DNA of 62,846 bases, counting the filler, from an uncultured bacterium (lineage in GTDB: Bacteria > AUK180), in the NCBI GenBank assembly GCA_937863565.1. It is 8 parts of 7 records of this genome, joined end to end, with 100 filler letters (N's around TTAATTAATTAA, not from the genome) between each part and the next. Parts side by side here need not be neighbours in the genome. Positions count along the whole stretch, not along the records: positions 8,549 to 30,585 come from CALMGJ010000006.1; 7 more parts are not named here. One strand, written 5' to 3'. Within the stretch, counting starts at the first letter, position 1; each line of letters opens with the position of its first letter. Both the position numbers and the translations under genes were made by a program. The notes under the pieces were generated by a model. It was given only the letters and a program-made list of their open reading frames with translations. It was not told the DNA's origin and made no database searches. Below are positions 21,129-30,467 of the stretch, piece by piece.

Positions 21129-24100
21129 ATGCCGGAAACTGAGGGCATAGTCAAGGATTATCTCAAAGAAATACAGAAGATACACAAAAAGGGAGATGCG
21201 CGGGAAGAAAGTTATTATCCTGCCCTCAAGGTCTTCCTCGAGAAGCTCGGCGACCTCAACAAAAAGAGAACGGACATCACCATCCTTCCCAGGTCCATCG
21301 AGGGGAATAATCCTGATTTCCGAATCTGGGACGGCAGACAGAAGGTCACCGGTTATGTCGAGGCGAAAGACCCGTCCGTCACCGATCTCGATACGATAGA
21401 AAGAAGCGAACAGTTAAAAAGATACAGGAACACATTCCATAACCTGATACTCACTAATTTCCATGAATTCAGATTCTACCGCGCTGGCGTCCTTATGGAT
21501 ACGGTCTTCATCGCAAGAAGAAATATTCTTCTGGACATGGGAAAGATCGTGGTAGAGAATGAGGCGGAATTCCTTGAAGCGATGGAGAGGTTCTTCGATT
21601 ACTCGATGCCGGCTATAAATTCTCCGAAAGCGCTTGCCGTAGAACTTGCCAAAAGGACGAAATTCCTAAAGGACGATATCATCGGTCATGAGATCGGGAA
21701 TAATGAAACGATAATGGCATTCTACGGGGCCTTCAGGGAATATCTGGTGCCGGACCTCTCGGAGGCGGATTTCGTCAATCTGTATTCTCAGACGATCGCC
21801 TACGGCATCTTTGCCGCACGTACACGCTCGGGGGGGGGAATTCACCCGGAAAAACGTTTACGAGAAGATTCCGAAAACGATAGGCATACTCCGCGATATC
21901 TTCAAATACATTTCTCTTGAAGAGGACAAGATGTCGCCGGCGATGGTGATGATGATAGACGATATAGCGGCCCTCCTTGCGGCTACGGATGTGAAAAAGA
22001 TTCTGGACGAATTCTATCACCAGGGAAAAGGCAGTGATCCGGTCATACACTTCTATGAGACATTCCTTGCCGAATATGACCCGAAGACAAGAGAAAAACG
22101 CGGCGTTTACTATACTCCAGAACCCGTGGTCTCTTTTATTGTCCGTTCCGTTGATCTCATATTGAAGGATAAGGAACGCTTCGATAAGAAAGACGGCCTT
22201 GCCGACGATACGGTGACGATACTCGATCCCGCGGCCGGCACTATGACATTCATCGCGGAGGCCCTCAAACTCGCCGTATCGGAATACCGCGATAAATACG
22301 GGAGCGGGAATGTGGGGAAATTCATCAAGGAACATTTCCTGAACGATGAGACAACGGATAGGATAGAGGGGAATTTCTTTGCCTTCGAACTGATGATGGC
22401 GCCCTATGTCATCGGGCATATCAAAATATCCTTCCTGCTCGAAGAACTCGGCTATACCGTTGAGGACAATGAAAGGTTCAATCTCTACCTCACCAATACG
22501 CTTGAATTCGACGAGAAAAGGGAATCCCGCCTTCCCGGCATAGTCGGCACGCTCTCCAGGGAAGCGGAGAAGGCCTACCGCGTCAAAAAGGACCAGCCGA
22601 TACTCGTCATTATGGGCAATCCTCCGTATTCTGTGAATTCCTCAAATAGTGATCCTTGGATTAAAGATTTATTAAAAGATGGAAAAACAGGATATTACAT
22701 GGTTGATGGGAAACCTCTTAAGGAGAAGAAAATATTGCTCCAAGATGATTATGTGAAATTCATACGATTCGCCCAATGGAAGATAGAACAAAGAAGTGAA
22801 GGGATTTTAGCCTTCATTACAAATCATGGTTATCTTAATAATCCAACCTTTCGAGGTATGAGACAATCATTAATAAACACTTTTGATGAGATGTATTTTC
22901 TGGATTTACATGGGAATATTGGCCGAAAGGAAAAATGCCCCGATGGTTCAAAAGATGAAAATGTTTTTGATATAAAAAGAGGTGTAGTAATTGCATTATT
23001 TATTAAAACAAAAACCGCTCCAGAGAAAAAGAAAATATTTTATTCCGAATTATGGGGATTACGTGAAAGTAAATATGAATATCTATTAATAAATGATTAT
23101 CAAACCACAAACTACAAAGAGATAACACCTAATACACCATATTACTTCTTTGTTAATCAAGATGATACTGGAAAAGATGAATTCTATTCATACCCAGGAA
23201 TAACGGATATTTTCCCCGTAAATGTAACAGGAATCGGAACATCAAGGGACTCTTTTGTAATAGATATGAATTATGATTCTTTGTTATCCCGTATGATGCA
23301 ATTTAAAGACCTAAGTATTCCCTCGAATATATTTGATGTTAAGGAAACTCCAGTTTGGCAAATAAAAAAAGCAAGAGAGAAGATGTCTAAAAAGAATGAT
23401 ATTCAAAATGATATGTGTAAAATACTATACCGTCCTTTTGATATAAGACATATATATTATTCCGATGATATTATACATAGAACTAGAGGAAATACTATGA
23501 GAGGAATGCTATCGGATAATCTTGGAATAATATCTGTTAGACAAGTAGCTGAAGGTGTATTTAATCATGCAATAATTACAGATACTATTGTTGACAGCAG
23601 AGTGACATTTAGCAGTAAGGGCACAAGTTATCTTTTTCCCCTTTATATTTACCCGGATGAAATATCCCGTCAAGATAGTTTGCATAGCAATAATAATGGG
23701 AAAAGAGTAAATATCAATACTCGGCTCTATGAACAACTGAAGGCCACATACAAAAAAGACATCACACCGGAAGAGATACTTTACTATATCTACGGTGTGC
23801 TTTATTCAGATACATACCGCGATAAATATAGAGAATTATTAAAAATAAATTTTCCACGGATACCCTTTACGGAGGATTACAATACTTTTATAAAGATAGG
23901 CGAACTGGGAAAAGAACTTGCCGATCTCCACCTCCTGAAATCCCCCGTTCTGGATGAACCCGTTTCCAAATACGAGGGCGCGGGGAATAATCTGGTGGAG
24001 TATGTGAAATACGATCCGGAAGGAAAGAGGATATTTATAAACGGAGCCCAGCATTTCACCAATATCAGCCCCGAGGTCCACTCGTATATGATAGGCGGTT

Positions 24101-24258
24101 ATCAGGTCTCAGAGAAATGGCTCAAGGACAGAAAAGGCCGCCTCCTCTCCTCAGAAGAGATCAAAACCTATTGCCGGATAATCACGGCCTTAGCGAATAC
24201 ACATTCTATTCAAAATGAAATAGAGGATGTATTTAACAATACTCGGGGGGTAAAATAA
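21129..24258 (+). pseudogene. Single-chain restriction-modification enzyme (nuclease + N6-adenine methyltransferase + type ISP-like specificity domain), frameshifted at a G9 tract
   Basis: ORFs 21129..21920 (PDF...YVEAK) and 21811..24258 (GVYYTP, LDPAAG, GNPPY) join into 1042 aa if G9 at 21830-21838 becomes G8. Confidence 0.88.
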
Positions 24259-25518
24259 ATGTCGAAAAACAAAGATTTTAAATCATTTTTAGATAGTAAC
24301 AAAAGCGTTAAATATATCGAAGATAGTCAGTTTATAAAACTAATTAATCTATGGGAGGACACCTCTTTTGATATTATTATTAAAAAGGGCACCAATCTCA
24401 ACTCTTTTAGGGATATCATTTTATTTAAAGAACTTATAGCAATATTTCACAATAATGAAAATCAACAAAAAATAGAATTTATTTTTAGCTTACTTCCAGA
24501 AACTGAAAACTATATTAATAGGAAGACAACATATGTCTATGAAAATCATGAATATAAAACATATTTCTCTGAACCAAGTGAAGCATTAAGAATTCTAGCT
24601 ACTGGATTTCGGGAGAAGGATATTCCCGGAGATTCATACTATAGAAATTTAAGAATATTTAGAGATTATTATCATAGTGATAAAGCCCCTGATTATATTC
24701 AAGAATTTTTTAAAGATAAAATCCCAATATCGTATTATATTGAAGGCAGTTTTGAAGTAGATAGTTCGAAGCTCATTAAGTTATGCAAACACATTAATTT
24801 TTTCAATAAGTACTATCATAGAAAAAGTCCCAGTATTGTTATAATTGAAGAAGAAGACAATACTGAAGAGAATAAAGTACCATGTCTTTTTATAAATGAA
24901 AATAAATTCCCAGAAATTATCTCTATTTATCGAGAGATAGATCCAATTCCCCTTGAGTTATTTTTAGCGGCAGATGCAAACATTCATACTCGACAAAGAT
25001 TTCTCTTTTATTACCAAATACTTGAATATTATGCATACTATTTCTATCGGAATGTAATAAAAGATGATTTGCAAACAGTAATATATGATGTTAAAGTTAT
25101 GGGGAATATTGATGAATTAATTAAAAGGATTATCGAAATTGCTAATAAAATAAATAGTAAACAAGATCTTCAAAAGATGAAAGAATTAGTATCATCTGCA
25201 TGTAAAATAGATGATATAATGAGCGAATTAAATCTTTATACAGAGTATTTTAGTAAGGATGTAACATTTGAGGGAGGATTTTGTATAGATCACTCTAGTA
25301 TAAAAAAGAACATTGATAGTTGTGACAAAAATACCATAGATTCAATATTATCAGTAATTGACAAAATAAGAAATGCGCTTGTTCATGTAAGAGAAAAAAG
25401 AGAAAAAGATATAATACTACCTACTAAAAGTAATGATAGTAAATTAAAGCCATATGTATTTCTTATTAGACGAATTGCAGAGAAAGTGGTTTTGATGAGT
25501 CAAACACATCTAATCTAA
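24259..25518 (+). CDS. AT-rich hypothetical protein with C-terminal HEPN-like RxxxxH motif
   Basis: FLFYYQILEY and IRNALVH motifs; abuts the R-M stop codon. Confidence 0.6.
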   Translation: MSKNKDFKSFLDSNKSVKYIEDSQFIKLINLWEDTSFDIIIKKGTNLNSFRDIILFKELIAIFHNNENQQKIEFIFSLLPETENYINRKTTYVYENHEYKTYFSEPSEALRILATGFREKDIPGDSYYRNLRIFRDYYHSDKAPDYIQEFFKDKIPISYYIEGSFEVDSSKLIKLCKHINFFNKYYHRKSPSIVIIEEEDNTEENKVPCLFINENKFPEIISIYREIDPIPLELFLAADANIHTRQRFLFYYQILEYYAYYFYRNVIKDDLQTVIYDVKVMGNIDELIKRIIEIANKINSKQDLQKMKELVSSACKIDDIMSELNLYTEYFSKDVTFEGGFCIDHSSIKKNIDSCDKNTIDSILSVIDKIRNALVHVREKREKDIILPTKSNDSKLKPYVFLIRRIAEKVVLMSQTHLI

Positions 25519-25632
25519 AACTATGTATAGCAATTTCATAAATACTCATCAGGAGTTATTTGGTATACTTTACGAGAGTATTGGGAATAATGTTATTATT
25601 AGAATACTTTTTATCATTATTATTATAGATAA

Positions 25633-26172
25633 ATGATCGAATCAAGATATTGGAAAAGTGATTTATTAAAGCATGCAAAAGATCTGCAACCGAAAAAGAA
25701 TCCAGCTCGTATGACAGAGAAAATGATATATGAGTTTGAAAAACGATTAATTATATCTTTCTTCATTGTTCGTAAGATGCTGGAATCAGATAAAATCTCT
25801 AATAATATAAAGAGATATCGAGCAAAAATATATGAGTATAAAAGTAAGAGGATGATTAATAAGCTCAATGTTCATTCTATTGAAAAGAATTATGATCTTT
25901 ATAATGAGATAACGATATCAAGGGATATTAAATTTATTTCAAATCAATTCATTCACAGTAGTACGATATGGAGTTCGAGAATTAGTAAAAGAAATAGAAA
26001 TTGGAGTGATATATATTTATGTTCGGATTATGAGAAAACAAAAGCTTTATATCGTATTCCTATTGAAGAAATAATTAAAATATTTAATTTGGTTGGGAAT
26101 GATTATCCAACACATACTATACAAAGTAGGTGGAATGAGAAAACTAATGATTATGAAATTGAACAGGAATAA
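25633..26172 (+). CDS. AT-rich hypothetical protein, possibly divergent HEPN-like
   Basis: 179-aa ORF with SNQFIHS motif; low GC. Confidence 0.55.
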   Translation: MIESRYWKSDLLKHAKDLQPKKNPARMTEKMIYEFEKRLIISFFIVRKMLESDKISNNIKRYRAKIYEYKSKRMINKLNVHSIEKNYDLYNEITISRDIKFISNQFIHSSTIWSSRISKRNRNWSDIYLCSDYEKTKALYRIPIEEIIKIFNLVGNDYPTHTIQSRWNEKTNDYEIEQE

Positions 26173-26187
26173 AATTGGAGAGGTTAT

Positions 26188-26598
26188 ATGATGGAGCCAT
26201 TTCAAGTTATCTATAATCATCAAATAACAGTCCTTGATAGTAAAAACAAACAAATATATGGGACATTAAAGGGAACTCCTACTAAGAAAGTAATAAAAGA
26301 ACTACTTATAGTTATATTTGAAAAATATCATGTTCAATATCTCTTGATAAAAAGAATAAGAGATAAATATCCATTATTATGTTGGTCAAATAGTAGTGTA
26401 GAAACACTAAATATATTTCAATTGGCAGAATACAGCGCCTCCGAGAAAATGAAACATAAAAAACCTGAAATAAAGGTAAGGCGTTGTAAAAAAACGGAAT
26501 TAGAAGATATATCAGGTTTTTATAAAAGGAAAGAACTGGAGCTTTATTTATATTTTAAATGTGGAGGAGCGGCAAAGAAATATGCTAAAAGAATCTAA
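26188..26598 (+). CDS. AT-rich hypothetical protein
   Basis: 136-aa ORF with GGAGAGG RBS. Confidence 0.5.
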   Translation: MMEPFQVIYNHQITVLDSKNKQIYGTLKGTPTKKVIKELLIVIFEKYHVQYLLIKRIRDKYPLLCWSNSSVETLNIFQLAEYSASEKMKHKKPEIKVRRCKKTELEDISGFYKRKELELYLYFKCGGAAKKYAKRI

Positions 26599-26818
26599 GT
26601 GTATAACAATATACAAATACAATCACTTCGACATTAATAAAATAGGAAAGTATGATAACAAAACAGGTCCTACTTCAATTTCGTATGCAATCCTGCCCCG
26701 CCCTCTCCTTTTTTTTGACATCAGCCAAATATCGGTATAGAATTGGGCGGCGGCAAAATGTTATCGCAGATTTCCCAATATATGGTGAAAAAATCAAGCA
26801 TTGAGCACGAAGAAATTA

Positions 26819-27658
26819 TTATTTAAGATATTGCCGGATCTTTTCGAAGGCCGTTTCGTCCACGCCGGCCTTGCCGAGGGCGGCGTCGGGTTTGATGCTC
26901 AGGCCGTGGAAGTCGGACCCGCCGGAGACGAGAAGGCCGTGCTTCTCGCACAGATCGAGAAGATATTTTGTCTCTTCGGGGGAATGTTTAGGGTAATATG
27001 CTTCCAGGCCATCCACTCCTTCGCCGACGATCTCATCGATCAGCTTAAGGATATCTTCCTTTTCTCTTCTTATTAAAAACGGATGTGCGAGGAATATGAG
27101 GCAATTGAACTCTGAGTGCGCTCTTTTTATTAGCTCTTTGAAGTGTATCCTTTCCTTGGGCATATAAAGCGGTTTTCCGTAGTCGAGGTATTTCGAAAAG
27201 GCCTCTTCACGGTCTTTGACCGCGCCCGTGTGAACAAGATAGGCGGCAAGATGCGGCCTGCCCGGAGCGGAATCGTTCACGAAATCACTGAAAAGAACTT
27301 CTTTATCTACCGCAACCCCGATCTCATTGGCCTTATCGGCCGCTTTAATAAGGGATTCGCGTCGAGTGCGCCTCTGCCCTTCAAGAAAATCCCGGAGGGC
27401 ATTGTTCTGCCAGGTGCGCATATAGGCGGTGAAATGCATATTTGATATATCGGTGGCGAATTCCACTCCGAGAAGGATATCAAGATCGCAGAGATTCGCG
27501 AATTCCTCTTCTTCTTTAGAACCCACGGTATCGTGATCGGTAATGGCGAAACCGGAGAGTCCGGCGGCGCGCGCCATTGCGGCTATCTCCGGGATGGTGT
27601 TCTCGCCGTCGGAATTTTTCGTATGAACATGAAGATCGTAACTTGCAATTTGTTCCAT
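26819..27658 (-). CDS. PHP-domain phosphoesterase (TrpH/YciV-like)
   Basis: DLHVHTKNSDG, ITDHDT, GRPHLA, AHP and GGSDFHG motifs. Confidence 0.93.
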   Translation of the reverse strand: MEQIASYDLHVHTKNSDGENTIPEIAAMARAAGLSGFAITDHDTVGSKEEEEFANLCDLDILLGVEFATDISNMHFTAYMRTWQNNALRDFLEGQRRTRRESLIKAADKANEIGVAVDKEVLFSDFVNDSAPGRPHLAAYLVHTGAVKDREEAFSKYLDYGKPLYMPKERIHFKELIKRAHSEFNCLIFLAHPFLIRREKEDILKLIDEIVGEGVDGLEAYYPKHSPEETKYLLDLCEKHGLLVSGGSDFHGLSIKPDAALGKAGVDETAFEKIRQYLK

Positions 27659-27690
27659 AATTTATTTTATCATAAGAGGGGGGAAAATAC

Positions 27691-27844
27691 AATGGAGAAT
27701 TGAGAATGGAGAATTGAGAATGGAGAGTTGAGAATGGAGAATTGAGAATTGACAATGGAGAATTGAGAATTGACAATGGAGAATGGAGAATTGAGAATTG
27801 ATAATTGAGAATGGAGAATTGACAATTGAGAATGGGCAATGGAG
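27691..27844 (+). repeat. 22 tandem copies of heptamer AAT(G/T)GA(G/C/T)
   Basis: Counted directly in unbroken 7-bp phase: aatggag aattgag aatggag ... aatgggc aatggag. Confidence 0.97.
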
Positions 27845-27898
27845 AAATAGGAATTTGGAAAAAGATTATTATAAGATATAATAAGAAGGAGGGTTTAG

Positions 27899-28240
27899 AT
27901 GAAAAGAAACATAGTATATGAAAAGGCATTTGATTTTGCGCTTAAGGTAATAAAATTATATAAAACAATGATCGAAAAAAATGAATATGTGCTTTCAAAG
28001 CAAGTACTCCGTTCGGCAACAAGCATTGGTGCTAATATAAAAGAGGCTTTAAACGCACAGAGCAGGAAGGATTTTTTATCGAAGATGAATATCGCTTTGA
28101 AAGAATCATCGGAAACGGTTTATTGGCTTGAATTATTATTAGCTTCCGGGTACTTGAAAACTAAGGAACTATTAAATGATTGCGATGAAATAAATAAAAT
28201 GCTGGCAAGCATTGTAAAAAAGGTGAAAAAAACACTTTAA
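27899..28240 (+). CDS. Four helix bundle protein (23S rRNA IVP/TIGR02436-like, Avd-related fold)
   Basis: EKAFDFAL...LSKQVLRSATSIGANIKEA...DFLSKMNIALKESSETVYWLELL. Confidence 0.92.
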   Translation: MKRNIVYEKAFDFALKVIKLYKTMIEKNEYVLSKQVLRSATSIGANIKEALNAQSRKDFLSKMNIALKESSETVYWLELLLASGYLKTKELLNDCDEINKMLASIVKKVKKTL

Positions 28241-28242
28241 AT

Positions 28243-28331
28243 AATTGACAATTGAGAAATGATAATGGAGAATTGAGAATGGAGAATTGAGAATTACAAA
28301 AGTGGCTGGAGGTTGGAGGTTGGAGGATAGG
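28243..28331 (+). repeat. Seven AATKGAG-type heptamers (28243-28291) followed by four GGNT(G/A)GA-type heptamers (28304-28331)
   Basis: aattgac aattgag aaatgat aatggag aattgag aatggag aattgag; ggctgga ggttgga ggttgga ggatagg. Confidence 0.93.
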
Positions 28332-28434
28332 GGGTGAAGAGAATAATAAATGAAGAAAGGTAAAAGAGACTGGAGATTTGAAATATATTATAAAAAGAGA
28401 TATAAATAGCAAAGAAATAATTGGGAGGAGATTT

Positions 28435-28803
28435 ATGAGTATTGAAGATCTGAAAGTTATAGAGGCGATAAATGCTCTTGTAAAGGACATTTATAAAGTG
28501 ACATTGAAATATCCGAAAAATGAGGAATTCGGGCTGATCTCACAAATGAGAAGAGCAGCAATTTCAATCGGGTCTAATCTGATGGAGGGTAATTACAGAG
28601 GTTCCACAAAAGATTATGTGCATTTCATAGATATCGCAAAAGGTTCAGCTGCCGAATTAAAATACCAACTATTGATCTCAAAGGAATTGAAATACATATC
28701 CGAAAAGGAACAGGAAATATTGGATAAGAAAATTGAAGAAATAATAAAGACGCTAAGCAGTATTAAGAGGGCGTTGAAGAAGAAGCTGGAGGATAAAGGA
28801 TAG
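28435..28803 (+). CDS. Four helix bundle protein (23S rRNA IVP-like), second and divergent paralogue
   Basis: EDLKV...IYKVTLKYPKNEEFGLISQMRRAAISIGSNLMEG...FIDIAKGSAAELKYQL; ATG 28435 behind GGGAGGAG. Confidence 0.92.
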   Translation: MSIEDLKVIEAINALVKDIYKVTLKYPKNEEFGLISQMRRAAISIGSNLMEGNYRGSTKDYVHFIDIAKGSAAELKYQLLISKELKYISEKEQEILDKKIEEIIKTLSSIKRALKKKLEDKG

Positions 28804-29291
28804 AGGATGGAGGATAAGGGCGAGACGCAGTGAATAGTGAACAGCAGAGCGGCAGAGCCGCGGTGTGGAGTGTGGAGTACGGAGTGTGGAGTGGGAAAGA
28901 AAGACAATGGAGAAATACAATAGAGGCTGGAGGATGGAGGTTAGAGGATGGGGAAAGAAAAGTGTGGAGCGGGGCAGTGAAGCAATGCAGTGCAGAGTGT
29001 CGAGTACCGAGTGCCGAGTGGGATGAGGATAAATAATCCTACCTTCACTATTGCACTAAGCACTTTGCACTATGCACTAAACAAGCGAAGTGCCGTGTGG
29101 AGCAGAGCGGCAGAGCCGCGGTGTGGAGTGTGGAGTACGGAGTGTGGAGTTAATAATAAAAATACAATTGCTCAGTTATCCGGTTAACGAGTTGGCGGGT
29201 GACCGTCTGCGAGTTAACGAGTTTAAAAAAGTGAATAACGAATAGTGAGAAGTGAATAATGAAAAGTGAGGACTAGGAATGGATAATTGAG
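28784..29291 (+). repeat. Mosaic of short heptamer tracts from at least five families, plus a 50-bp internal duplication and a GTTAACGA-hairpin element
   Basis: GGATRGA (28784-28818, ~28921-28952), GTGAAYA (28830, 29231-29272), GAGTGTG (28861, 29119), GTGCCGA (28990-29017), inverted TGCACTA (29051-29078); 28843-28892 is identical to 29101-29150. Confidence 0.9.
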
Positions 29292-29337
29292 AATTTATGA
29301 ATGCCGGTATTTATTAATACACTATTAACTGAATATA

Positions 29338-29787
29338 TTAAAGGGATTTAAGCAGGGATTCCATTGCTGAAAGAAAATCACCGGCGGCATCAAGTGAATT
29401 TCGCACCTCATCTTCTGTTGAGATATAACTCAGATCGTATTGTCCATGATGGCGCAATTCTCTGTTGTGGTCCAAGATATCCACCCATTTTTGATCGAGT
29501 TTTCCGGTAGAGACATATTTTCTTTCAAGAAACCGGGCAATGCAGGCATGGCTCTTTTCACGATAACCTTCGAAGAACAGCAATGCTCTTCCGGCATGGA
29601 ACATTACCATATATGAAGCATGCAATGAGGAGTTGAACGCCTTTGCGCGTAATGATGCCTCGGCTTCAACGGCCCATTCTTTGGCTTTTTCAATGGATTG
29701 AAAAGCCCTCTCCCGTGAAGGCGGGATCTTTCTCAGCAGATTGAGCCTTAAACATTCCTCGAAATCAAAGGACATCATTCTCTCCAT
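29338..29787 (-). CDS. HEPN domain protein (toxin-like partner of MNT)
   Basis: SYMVMFHAGRALLF, KSHAC and RELRHHGQYD motifs. Confidence 0.85.
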   Translation of the reverse strand: MERMMSFDFEECLRLNLLRKIPPSRERAFQSIEKAKEWAVEAEASLRAKAFNSSLHASYMVMFHAGRALLFFEGYREKSHACIARFLERKYVSTGKLDQKWVDILDHNRELRHHGQYDLSYISTEDEVRNSLDAAGDFLSAMESLLKSL

Positions 29788-30298
29788 AGAGCATAATGGA
29801 ACCGAAAGAGAGGGCGTGATAGAAAAGCGGATCTTCTTTTTTTATTTTTTCAATTTTATCGGCTGTCAGAAGTAAGATCTTCACATTTCTGATCTTCTTT
29901 CTGAGCCGGGCGGACAAAGAAGCCAGATCCGCTTCAGGGGCTTTATTTATATAAAGCCAGATATCTGTGTCGGAACTTTCCGTGTTTTCGCCTTTTGCAC
30001 AACTCCCGAAAAGCCCGGCCGCTCTTATGAACTTATATTTTCCGAAAATAGAAGTATCTATCGAAATAATGTTCAGCATAATCTTCAGTGATCTTGTAAT
30101 ATGGGAATTATTCGCTATGTATTTACTCCGGACCCTTTTCAGCACATTTTTTACGGAAAGGAGTTCTAAATATTTAGATACGAAACTTTTACTTATACCG
30201 AGAGCATTTGCAATGCCGGTTACGCAAAAAGCATCTTCCTTGAATATGACTGCTTGAAGCACCTTTTCCCTTTCCCTGCTTGACAGTATCTCTCTCAT
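29765..30298 (-). CDS. Winged-HTH plus minimal nucleotidyltransferase (MNT) antitoxin
   Basis: N-terminal HTH (IANALGISKSFVSKYL); LFGSCAKGENTESSDTDIW GSx10DxD motif. Confidence 0.88.
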   Translation of the reverse strand: MREILSSREREKVLQAVIFKEDAFCVTGIANALGISKSFVSKYLELLSVKNVLKRVRSKYIANNSHITRSLKIMLNIISIDTSIFGKYKFIRAAGLFGSCAKGENTESSDTDIWLYINKAPEADLASLSARLRKKIRNVKILLLTADKIEKIKKEDPLFYHALSFGSIMLYGENDVL

Positions 30299-30467
30299 CT
30301 GCAGTCCTCCAAAAAAGTTCTCAAATCATGAACAAAATGTTCGCGAATTGTGAATAAAGTGTTCGTGTATTGAATATACGGATGAAATAATGACCCATTA
30401 ATAAATAAATTGCATAACCCGGTATTCATAAGTAATTATAGCATATTCTTAAGGGAAATACAAGAAA

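Noticed and set aside
27516-27929. ORFs such as 27516..27929, 28161..28490, 28614..28907, 28830..29036 and 28990..29187
   Set aside because: They are translations of heptamer repeats (FSILNSPLSIL..., VWSVEYGVWS) or overlap real genes.
27899-28803. Diversity-generating retroelement (Avd-like proteins)
   Set aside because: No reverse transcriptase and no template/variable repeat pair with adenine-specific differences seen in the window.
27899-28803. 23S rRNA intervening sequence
   Set aside because: No rRNA sequence flanks these genes; the family name is historical.
27691-29291. CRISPR array
   Set aside because: Units are 7-bp tandem repeats without unique spacers, and there are no cas genes in the window.
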